DNA from: Coleofasciculus sp. FACHB-T130
Lineage (GTDB): Bacteria > Cyanobacteriota > Cyanobacteriia > Cyanobacteriales > FACHB-T130
Length of the DNA stretch: 32,000 bases
NCBI RefSeq assembly: GCF_014695375.1
Contig: NZ_JACJOG010000004.1
Span: forward strand, 1 to 32,000
Direction: 5' to 3'
Shown here: one piece after another, positions 7,911 through 16,765 of the stretch
Layout: each line of letters opens with the position of its first letter
Numbering within the stretch: the first letter of the stretch is position 1
The notes under the pieces: model-generated
Database searches by the model: none
Told to the model about the DNA's origin: nothing
What the model saw: the letters and a program-made list of their open reading frames with translations, nothing else
Position numbers and translations under genes: made by a program

Positions 7911-8031
7911 GTTTCTATTTTCCCAATCATAGGGGCGCACAGGCGTGTGCCCCTACTGTATTACCGTGCAATGAGTTTGATATTTGGCTAATGCAACTCA
8001 GTACCGTCTTTGCCGAGGAGGTAGCGCTCGC
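7911..8031 (+). repeat. Dispersed repeat, copy R1 (about 120 nt)
   Basis: It aligns by eye with 9252-9373 in the same orientation. Shared blocks are gtttctatttt, aatcata, gcgcaca..cgtgtgcccctac, taatgcaactcagtaccgtc and gaggaggtagcg. It contains the hairpin aggggcgcac/gtgtgcccct. Confidence 0.75.
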
Positions 8032-8252
8032 TGCAAAAGAAGCAACGCGCAGAGAACAAAGGTTTAATAAAGAAGGAAATTAACACCGAGTTTGATGATG
8101 AACTTTGTGCTGAATACGACAGCGCTCAAATGCATGGGTATGTCAAGGGGAAGTATGTTGAACGTTACAAACAAAGCACTAACTTAGTATTGCTAGCACC
8201 CAATGTTGCTAAGGCTTTTCCAAGTGATGAAGCAGTGAATAAGGCACTATGA
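8025..8252 (+). pseudogene. Start-less remnant resembling the C-terminus of a small antitoxin-like protein
   Basis: The open frame (after TAG at 8022-8024) encodes ...EFDDELCAEYDSAQMHGYVKGKYVERYKQSTNLVLLAPNVAKAFPSDEAVNKAL*. The pattern (EYDFS...G.rGKYa.RY..gTNlV.L.PDVA..FP....VN.AL) recalls a common small TA-associated protein family. There is no ATG before codon 37, and the 5' end abuts repeat R1. Confidence 0.3.
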
Positions 8253-8511
8253 CTTTTAATTAGATTTTCTAAAACTCATCTGGAAAATCTTGAGTAAAAA
8301 ATAAATTTACCTTTGATTGAACTGAATGGCGGGCATTGCTTGCCAGGTAATTTTTGGCTCAAACTGGAAGCATCGATCTAAGTCAAGTGAAGTTAATATA
8401 AAAGCTTGGGTTGGTGGGCAATGCCATTCTACTCTGTGTAGGGATGTCGGGATTTTCGCGGGCAATGCCCACCCTACAAGAGATCGCGCTAAAAATGAAG
8501 CATTGGTACTG

Positions 8512-8946
8512 ATGAGCTATATGACAAATCCAAATTCCCGACCATCAAATCATCCTTTAGCTACGCTAAATTATCTGTCTGAATCATTTGTTGATGATGC
8601 AACACCCTTGACTGAATTTGATTCAGGCGAGCCTCCAAAACCTCCGCGACGCAGACCTCCTACTGGAGCAGAGTTTGAGCCAACCTATCTGGGGAAAAGG
8701 ATCGTCAACGTGATGGAAGAGTTGGTGCAAAAAGAGGCGCTCGCACAGTTGGCGGAAATTGAAGCCACAAGCGATTGCATCCAGAAGCTGAGAGATATTG
8801 TTGCCTATGTCTTGAATAGAGTGCCCCCTCTCTATGCCACCACAAAAGAAGGTGCCGAGTATCAGCAACAACGTGCCAGAGACGAACTCCAACAACTGAT
8901 TTCCCAGCAAGTCACAGAAGCGATCGCCTACATCAATAGACCATAA
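8512..8946 (+). CDS. ComFB-domain protein (cyanobacterial cyclic-dinucleotide-receptor family type)
   Basis: NVMEELVQKEA...DIVAYVLNRVPPLYATTKEG matches the ComFB core as I recall it (vmE.lV ... Di.a.aLN.lPP.Y). I prefer the ATG at 8512, because the ORF-track extension (8326-8511) runs through palindromic repeat DNA. Confidence 0.65.
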   Translation: MSYMTNPNSRPSNHPLATLNYLSESFVDDATPLTEFDSGEPPKPPRRRPPTGAEFEPTYLGKRIVNVMEELVQKEALAQLAEIEATSDCIQKLRDIVAYVLNRVPPLYATTKEGAEYQQQRARDELQQLISQQVTEAIAYINRP

Positions 8947-9030
8947 TTTTTACCATAACGACAAGCCAAGTCCCACTTTAAATTTAATTAGTAGGTTGGA
9001 TTAAGGTAACGAAATCTAATACCCCTTCTA

Positions 9031-9062
9031 TAGTTGGGTTGAGCTTACGCTCAACCCAACTA
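9031..9062. repeat. Perfect 13-bp stem hairpin between convergent ends
   Basis: tagttgggttgag-cttacg-ctcaacccaacta, between the ComFB-like stop (8946) and the rsr-fragment stop (9077). There is no U-tract. It may be a terminator or a dispersed palindromic element. Confidence 0.6.
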
Positions 9063-9076
9063 CATTCTTTGAGCAG

Positions 9077-9250
9077 TTACTTATCATCCCGTACTGGTAG
9101 CGGTGTCTCCAGAATTTCCATTAGCAACTCTAGACGCGAAGGACGAGACAAAAGCAGGATAAGATTCGGCAGCGAGTAGTAGTCACCCGCAAAGCTGAAA
9201 GTATCTACTTGCACCTGTTTTTCCTGTAACCGACGCTCCAGCCAATCGTA
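9077..9250 (-). pseudogene. 3'-terminal fragment of an rsr (Ro60-like) paralog
   Basis: The last 57 codons plus stop match the C-terminus of the intact gene at 10849-11022. 51 of 57 aa are identical by direct count ([55 protein letters not shown]). Similarity stops abruptly at 9251, where repeat R2 begins. Confidence 0.85.
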
Positions 9251-9251
9251 G

Positions 9252-9373
9252 GTTTCTATTTTTCTAATCATAAGAGCGCACACTCGTGTGCCCCTACACC
9301 TATATACCGTGCCATAAATTTGATACTGACTAATGCAACTCAGTACCGTCCTTGCGGAGGAGGTAGCGATCGC
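9252..9373 (+). repeat. Dispersed repeat, copy R2
   Basis: See R1 (7911-8031). It directly abuts the breakpoint of the rsr fragment. Confidence 0.75.
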
Positions 9374-9618
9374 AGTTTTGAACAGAGACAAGACGCGATC
9401 GCTCTTCTGTACCAATTTTGGCTCTAGCGATCGCGCAAAGGCTTATCCACCAAGCAATTTCTCTGTAAGATAGCTGCATCTGCTCCTAGAAGATAGATTT
9501 GTCATCCGCGATGAAATAGCTAAAAACAAGGCGGCTAAACTTATACTTGAGCTGAGACTTCTGCAATCTGCAATCCTCCATCCCAAGTCAGCGTGACTCC
9601 ATTTCAAAAATAGACACT

Positions 9619-10260
9619 ATGACACTCAGTAGAGAGCAAGCGCTAGAAACCCTACAAACATATCTGGTCGCTGGAGAACGGCTCAAAGCCACATCATTCC
9701 TGGCGGATGCCTTGATTAATAACGGATTTGTTCAAGCTGCTGCCTTGTTTAACGATGCTCAAGGGAAAGAAATTGCCCCTGATGTTTGGATGTCAGCAAT
9801 AACAACAATTGAAAATACCCCCGAAGGATCTGTAATCGATAATGTTTTGTACAGTCCACATAATTGCCACTTGATGGGCGTTTATCCAAATGAAGAAGAT
9901 GACGAACCAGAGTTCACATACTCAATTGGACTTTGGTATAACTTTCAACACCCAGAAATCTTATGTCTGGGGCTTCCTAATCGCGTTTCAGGGGGACTGA
10001 TTAACGAGTACGCTCAGGAAATTGCCGAGGGGAATGCCCCACCTCTGGATACTCCTTTGGATGGCGTACTTGCCGACGGTTATCAGCTCCAATTTAAACT
10101 TTGTAGTAACAAGGCAAAAACAGAATACACCTGCTGGGCTTCTTGGTTTAACGGAGGTCTCCACTATCCTGTTATCCAGATGATTTGGCAAGACAAAGAA
10201 TACCGCTGGCCTTGGGATGAAGGGTTCCGCCCAATTCAAGCTCAACCCTTGCTAACCTGA
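9619..10260 (+). CDS. DUF4262-like protein
   Basis: 213 aa. EFTYSIGLWYNFQHPEILCLGLP and VIQMIWQDKEYRWPWDEGF fit the DUF4262 pattern as I recall it (faYTiGL...PEl.v.GL ; Q.vw.D..grfPW). Confidence 0.6.
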   Translation: MTLSREQALETLQTYLVAGERLKATSFLADALINNGFVQAAALFNDAQGKEIAPDVWMSAITTIENTPEGSVIDNVLYSPHNCHLMGVYPNEEDDEPEFTYSIGLWYNFQHPEILCLGLPNRVSGGLINEYAQEIAEGNAPPLDTPLDGVLADGYQLQFKLCSNKAKTEYTCWASWFNGGLHYPVIQMIWQDKEYRWPWDEGFRPIQAQPLLT

Positions 10261-10521
10261 GTTGTAGGGTTTGCTTGGTATAGTTGTAACTGCCCGTAGT
10301 TTTTTAGAGTAATAAGGACGAATCCTCAATTCATCTAAAAACTTTTCGGAAATAATACTATCAATCGGAAAGTAGAACGCCAAATCCCCAGATTTGAAAT
10401 TACCCTTGGCGGTAATAACCTGATACGCCATCCCTTCAAACGTGCAAATGTCTAATCTGTCTGCATTTGGGTGAGGATTGGCGCTATTAATTTTGACTAT
10501 TTCTACTTTAAAAATGCTCAT
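10252..10521 (-). CDS. RNA-ligase-type N-terminal OB module, apparently truncated (89 aa)
   Basis: MSIFKVEIVKINSANPHPNADRLDICTFEGMAYQVITAKGNFKSGDLAFYFPIDSIISE follows the N-terminal pattern of bacterial/phage ATP-dependent RNA ligases (I..I.pI.gAD.i....v.GwqvV..KG.fk.GDl.vYfeiDS.lP). No nucleotidyltransferase KxxG domain follows. The 3' end overlaps the convergent DUF4262-like gene by 9 nt. Confidence 0.5.
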   Translation of the reverse strand: MSIFKVEIVKINSANPHPNADRLDICTFEGMAYQVITAKGNFKSGDLAFYFPIDSIISEKFLDELRIRPYYSKKLRAVTTIPSKPYNSG

Positions 10522-10531
10522 GACAAATTTA

Positions 10532-10762
10532 TTAAAATTTGAAATAAGTCTGAATTCTTTTTCCCTTTGCTTTAACGCGAAAAATTCGTTTTAATATTGC
10601 TAAATCATCGGGATGCTCTTCGCCAGCAATTTGCCATACGGCAAGGGCTACCACTTTGTACGCTGTCTGTATTTCGCTCATGGCATCTTTTTGGGATGAA
10701 TATATTTTTGGCAAGGATTTGCCACTAGCGGCAAATCTACATTTATCGTTGATATATTTCAC
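10532..10762 (-). CDS. Hypothetical small protein (76 aa or shorter)
   Basis: The only support is an ORF ending 10 nt upstream of the ligase-like ORF on the same strand. No motif recognised. Confidence 0.3.
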   Translation of the reverse strand: MKYINDKCRFAASGKSLPKIYSSQKDAMSEIQTAYKVVALAVWQIAGEEHPDDLAILKRIFRVKAKGKRIQTYFKF

Positions 10763-10788
10763 CGATAGCGAAACCTATGCAGTCCAGC

Positions 10789-10820
10789 GTAGGGTGGGCA
10801 GTGCCCACCCTACTTTTTTT
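10789..10820. repeat. Palindromic GGGTGGGCA/TGCCCACCC element with T7 tract
   Basis: gtagggtgggca-g-tgcccaccctac followed by ttttttt on the + strand. On the - strand (downstream of rsr) the A-tract comes before the stem, so it is not a classical terminator for rsr. Related motifs occur at 8405-8480 and 25990-26012. Confidence 0.6.
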
Positions 10821-10848
10821 GTCAGGGTAAGTTTTTTAAAACCTACCC

Positions 10849-12547
<1,699 letters not shown>

Positions 12548-12760
12548 AGAAAAATATAAGTGCCGTCTGCTCTTTGAGATAAAATCCCGTCGCCTAAAAG
12601 CGTCGGTTTCGCTTCCACGGCTACTGCCAGATGGCTTCAAAATCAGATACTTCTATATACTACAAAAGTAATACAATACCGTCAAGAGACTGGAAAAAAA
12701 TTTTTGCGCTTTAGAGACTGACGATAGAATACAAATTCTCTACCAAGTCAGAACACCTGT

Positions 12761-14200
12761 ATGGGGATGGTTCATTTCTATCGCCGTCCGGTTGCGGTCG
12801 ATTTATTTGCGGGTGCGGGTGGATTTTCTTTAGGGATTGAGCAGGCTGGGTTTGATGTAGCGGTGGCAGTTGAAGTTGACCCCGTTCACGCAGCCGTTCA
12901 CGCCTTTAACTTTCCCCATACCGAGGTTTTGTGTGCCGATGCGAGGACGCTATCCGCTGAAGCGATTAGAAAAGCGTTACAGAGATGGGCATTGCACAAG
13001 GGTAGCAGCGGGGTTTCCCCACCCGCACCCGCTTGGAATGGTGAAATCGATTTAGCAATTGGGGGACCCCCTTGCCAAGGGTTCTCTTTAATGGGCAAGC
13101 GGCGTCTCGACGATGAGCGCAACGATTTGGTATTGCATTTCTGTCGATTAGTCATTGAACTGCAACCCCGTTACTTTCTCATGGAGAACGTACCCGGCAT
13201 TGCTCAGAAAGAACACGCGATTTATCTCGAACAGCTCAAGAGCGCGTTTAAATCCGTTGAGTACCACATCACCGAACCCGTGCAGGTATTAAATGCGGCG
13301 GATTTTGGGGTGCCGCAGAATCGGAAAAGGCTATTTTTATTAGGAACTCGTGCCGGGGAGGTGCCTTTGTCTTATCCTGTTGTCGCAGGTTTTGTCGCAG
13401 GTAAAGGCGTTAAGACAACCTTCCCCGATACTTCATTCTCCGATACTTTATTCCCCGATATTTCCTTGCCAAAGACTTCCTTGCCAAAGAAAAGAGGCAA
13501 AAAGAAGAATCCTTTGAGCCTGCACTCTTTATCCTTTCGAGTGACCGTGAAGGATGCGATCGCCGATCTCCCCAACCTAGATGATTTTCCCGAACTCCTG
13601 ACAACTGATGAAGTCTTGCTACAGCAGCGACAACTAGAGCAGATGGAGACATTAGCCAGCATCTATGCACAGCACTTAATGGGGATTGCACCCGAACCGA
13701 ATAATTTCGCCTATCCTCGGCTAGTCAATCCTCATCTGTTGACTAGCTCTCTGCGAACCCAACACACGGTAGCTTCGATTGAACGGTTCGAGAAAACAGT
13801 GCCCGGACAGCTAGAATCGGTGAGTCGCTTTCGACGGTTGAATTGGGATACGCTGTCTCATACCTTACGCGCCGGTACGGGTTCTGGAGGCGGTCGCTAC
13901 ACCTCTCCCCGTCCGATTCATCCAACTTATCCCAGAGTGATTTCAGTCCGCGAGGCGGCGCGACTGCACTCTTTTCCGGACTGGTTCCGCTTCCACACAA
14001 CAAAATGGCACGGGTTTCGACAAATTGGAAACGCCGTGCCGCCAAAACTGGCAAGAGCCGTCGGGTATCAAGTTATTGCTGCCTTAGGGATCAGACCACC
14101 CATGCCACAACAGCCGATAAATTTGGGTGATATCGAGCTAGTGAGGTTTAACCCGTGGGACGCGGCTCACTATTGGATAAGCGTCAATCGTCATGGTTGA
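12761..14200 (+). CDS. DNA (cytosine-5)-methyltransferase, orphan
   Basis: Motif I is VDLFAGAGGFSLG, motif IV is GGPPCQGFS and motif VI is ENV. Motif VIII is QNRKRLF, motif IX is RVISVREAARLHSFPDWF and motif X is GNAVPP. No restriction endonuclease or Vsr candidate is adjacent. Confidence 0.92.
   Translation: MGMVHFYRRPVAVDLFAGAGGFSLGIEQAGFDVAVAVEVDPVHAAVHAFNFPHTEVLCADARTLSAEAIRKALQRWALHKGSSGVSPPAPAWNGEIDLAIGGPPCQGFSLMGKRRLDDERNDLVLHFCRLVIELQPRYFLMENVPGIAQKEHAIYLEQLKSAFKSVEYHITEPVQVLNAADFGVPQNRKRLFLLGTRAGEVPLSYPVVAGFVAGKGVKTTFPDTSFSDTLFPDISLPKTSLPKKRGKKKNPLSLHSLSFRVTVKDAIADLPNLDDFPELLTTDEVLLQQRQLEQMETLASIYAQHLMGIAPEPNNFAYPRLVNPHLLTSSLRTQHTVASIERFEKTVPGQLESVSRFRRLNWDTLSHTLRAGTGSGGGRYTSPRPIHPTYPRVISVREAARLHSFPDWFRFHTTKWHGFRQIGNAVPPKLARAVGYQVIAALGIRPPMPQQPINLGDIELVRFNPWDAAHYWISVNRHG
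13421..13495 (+). repeat. In-frame 15-nt tandem repeat (5 units) inside the methyltransferase variable region
   Basis: The units are ttccccgatacttca / ttctccgatacttta / ttccccgatatttcc / ttgccaaagacttcc / ttgccaaagaaaaga. They encode FPDTS FSDTL FPDIS LPKTS LPKKR. Unit 1 starts on a codon boundary (offset 660 from the ATG). Confidence 0.9.
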
Positions 14201-14244
14201 TTGCAACCCACTACTGAGAACTGACGACTGACAAACCGCTAAAT

Positions 14245-14778
14245 CTACTTTTGTACCTGACTCTTGGTTGCAGAGACAGGATTGTATCCCGGTGCTCCTG
14301 GAGGATTTTGGGATTCAGCAGCCCCTTCTGTAGGACCTGCGATCGCTTTCCATGCAGGAAAACCGCCTTTGAGTTCAGCCACGGACTGGAATCCAGCCGA
14401 GCGAAGTTCGGAAGCTGCGCGAGAGGTTTCGGTGTCGCTGTCGCCATAGACGTAGATATCGCGGGCGGGACGAAGGCTAGTTTTCGCACGCTCTACTAAT
14501 TCATCCATCGGCATGGACATGGCTCCCATGATGTGGCCTTCGTTGAAGGCACCGCGCTCGCGCACATCGAGAATTGTTAAAGCTGGCTCGCCCCATTCCA
14601 GACGGGATTTCAGGTCATTCACGCTGGACTGCGTTTTCATTCCCGGTGGGGTGGGAGTAATATCTGGAAGGGCTTCTTTTGCCTTAGAAATGGTGTCTTG
14701 AACCTTGGCACTAGCGCTTTCAACGCCACTTACGGCTTTGTCTTTAGCGCCTTCAATGTTGTTTTGAATGTCACTCAT
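14245..14778 (-). CDS. Rhodanese-homology-domain protein, cysteine-free
   Basis: TILDVRERGAFNEGHIMGAMSMP ... IYVYGDSDTETSRAASELRSAGF..V..LKGGFPAW has the rhodanese fold pattern. The active-site loop has G/D where Cys is expected, and the protein has no Cys at all. Confidence 0.8.
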   Translation of the reverse strand: MSDIQNNIEGAKDKAVSGVESASAKVQDTISKAKEALPDITPTPPGMKTQSSVNDLKSRLEWGEPALTILDVRERGAFNEGHIMGAMSMPMDELVERAKTSLRPARDIYVYGDSDTETSRAASELRSAGFQSVAELKGGFPAWKAIAGPTEGAAESQNPPGAPGYNPVSATKSQVQK

Positions 14779-14979
14779 AAAAAAACTCTAAGTAATTGAT
14801 CTCTTCAATGGAAATTTAATCAAAATTTGATATTTAACTTCTCTTTCTGGAGAAAGAACATTTAAATAATCCTTCTTTAGGCAGAGTAAAGTGTTAGAAT
14901 TCCTATCCCAATTGACAAATATTTTCGGCAAAATTGCGGCAAATAAACAGCAACTCTCGCCTAAACTAAACTGGATCTC

Positions 14980-16719
14980 ATGGTGTCTAGTATTCAAACT
15001 CTACCGGCAGAGGTAGTAAATTTAATCGCCGCTGGAGAAGTCATTGACTCTTTGGCTGCTGTAGTGCGGGAATTAGCGGAAAACGCCCTTGACGCCGGTG
15101 CAACCCGCATCAGCATCTCCCTATCGCCGGAACAGTGGCGGGTGCGAGTCGCAGATAATGGCTGCGGAATGGACTTGGTAGACCTGAAAGAAGCTGCAAC
15201 TGCCCACAGCACTAGCAAAATCCGCGACTTAGAAGACTTGTGGAAAATTAGCAGTCTGGGATTTCGGGGAGAGGCGTTGCACAGTTTGGCAGCGTTAGCA
15301 GAGTTGGAGATTTTTAGTCGTTCTGCGGGAAGTTGTGAAGGTTGGAGAGTGGTTTATAACTCAGTCGGGGAATTCGTGCAGGTGGAAACTGTAGCGATCG
15401 CGCCCGGTACTGTTGTCACCGTCTCTAATCTGTTTGGCAATTGGTTGGCGCGGCGTCAGGGAATGCCTTCCGTCGCCCAACAACTCAGATCAGTGCAAGC
15501 CACGATTCAGCAAATCGCCCTTTGTCATCCTCATGTCACCTGGCAGGTTCAGCAAAATGACCGCCAATGGTTCACCATTAGTCCTGGGAAAACCGCACAA
15601 CAGATTTTGCCTCAAATTCTCCGGGAAATCCGACCGAGTGATTTGCAGCATCTGACGGTGGAAGTGCCAACCGTTCCAGAAAAAGCAGGAACCGACGCGC
15701 CGGGGAGTCGGGGAGAATCCAATTCCCGTCAAAACTCAACCCTGACAGTGGTACTCGGCTTGCCAGATAGATGCCATCGCCGCCGTCCCGATTGGGTACG
15801 GGTGGCGATGAATGGAAGGCACGTAAAGTCGCCGGAACTGGAGCAAACGATCCTGGGGGCTTTAATGCGAACGCTACCGCGCGATCGCTACCCGATTTGT
15901 TTTCTCCATCTTTTCATTTGTGCCAGTCAAATAGACTGGAACCGCCATCCTGCCAAAGCAGAAATTTACTTGAACCAGCTCAATTACTGGCAAGAGCAGG
16001 TGACAGCAGCCATTGAGCAAGCTTTGCGTCTAAATGTGGGGACGATTCTGGAAAAAACTCCAGAGCGAGTCAGCCGCCTCATCAAAGCAGCGGAAGCGAA
16101 AAGTGCCTACAGCGTCAATCGTTCCCTGCAATCGCACCCAACCGATAGTCAGGCAAAGAAAACGGATGAGATCGGATTGATGGAACTCCGAGCCGTTGCC
16201 CAGGTTCACAACACCTACATTGTGGCAGAGCATCCGGCTGGGGTGTGGTTGGTGGAGCAGCACATAGCCCATGAACGGGTTTTATACGAGCAGTTGTGCC
16301 AAGCTTGGCAACTCGTCCCCCTAGAACCCCCCGTCATCTTGAATCATCTCTCTCCCGCCCAGATCCAGCAACTCGAACAGATCAACTTAGATATAGAACC
16401 TTTTGGAGAGCAACTGTGGGCGATTCGCACGGCACCCGCACCCTTACAAGAGCGAGAAGATCGTGCCGACGCCTTAGTGGAACTCAGCTTAGGTGGAGAT
16501 TTGCAAACCGCTCAAGTAGCGATCGCCTGCCGCACCGCCATCCGCAACGGGACTCCTCTCGGCTTGCCCCAGATGCAAACTCTCTTAGAGCAATGGCAGC
16601 GAACTCGTCATCCTCGCACTTGTCCCCACGGTCGTCCAATTTATTTGTCCCTAGAAGAATCAGCGCTTTCGCGTTTCTTCCGCCGTCATTGGGTAATTGG
16701 CAAAAGTCATGGGATTTAG
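14980..16719 (+). CDS. mutL: DNA mismatch repair protein MutL (endonuclease type)
   Basis: The N-terminal GHKL ATPase shows LPAEVVNLIAAGEVIDSLAAVVRELAENALDAG and DNGCGM. The C-terminus has an EQHIAHERVLYE variant of DQHA(x)2E(x)4E, plus CPHGRP. Confidence 0.95.
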   Translation: MVSSIQTLPAEVVNLIAAGEVIDSLAAVVRELAENALDAGATRISISLSPEQWRVRVADNGCGMDLVDLKEAATAHSTSKIRDLEDLWKISSLGFRGEALHSLAALAELEIFSRSAGSCEGWRVVYNSVGEFVQVETVAIAPGTVVTVSNLFGNWLARRQGMPSVAQQLRSVQATIQQIALCHPHVTWQVQQNDRQWFTISPGKTAQQILPQILREIRPSDLQHLTVEVPTVPEKAGTDAPGSRGESNSRQNSTLTVVLGLPDRCHRRRPDWVRVAMNGRHVKSPELEQTILGALMRTLPRDRYPICFLHLFICASQIDWNRHPAKAEIYLNQLNYWQEQVTAAIEQALRLNVGTILEKTPERVSRLIKAAEAKSAYSVNRSLQSHPTDSQAKKTDEIGLMELRAVAQVHNTYIVAEHPAGVWLVEQHIAHERVLYEQLCQAWQLVPLEPPVILNHLSPAQIQQLEQINLDIEPFGEQLWAIRTAPAPLQEREDRADALVELSLGGDLQTAQVAIACRTAIRNGTPLGLPQMQTLLEQWQRTRHPRTCPHGRPIYLSLEESALSRFFRRHWVIGKSHGI

Positions 16720-16723
16720 AAAT

Positions 16724-16764
16724 AATTCAGTAAGGACACGGCAATGCCGTGTCCTTACTGAATT
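16724..16764. terminator. 20-bp perfect hairpin between convergent mutL and the antiporter gene
   Basis: aattcagtaaggacacggca-a-tgccgtgtccttactgaatt lies between the two stop codons (16719 and 16766). It is a plausible bidirectional terminator, although it lacks a long U-tract. Confidence 0.6.
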
Positions 16765-16765
16765 A

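Noticed and set aside
7892-8083. 63-aa ORF, and likewise the N-terminal half of ORF 9077-9415
   Set aside because: Both are translations of the R1/R2 repeat DNA, read on opposite strands. That is inconsistent with a conserved coding function.
8326-8511. 62-codon N-terminal extension of the ComFB-like ORF
   Set aside because: It runs through GGGCAATGCCCACCCTAC-type palindromic repeat DNA. The ComFB homology starts well after the internal ATG at 8512.
10789-10820. Rho-independent terminator for rsr
   Set aside because: The U-tract follows the hairpin only on the plus strand, while rsr is on the minus strand, where an A-tract precedes the stem. I kept it as a palindromic repeat or possible plus-strand terminator only.
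16296-16733. 145-aa plus-strand ORF inside mutL
   Set aside because: It is an off-frame overlap of the mutL C-terminal domain with Arg/Ser/Pro-rich composition. The mutL frame carries the conserved endonuclease and CPHGRP motifs.
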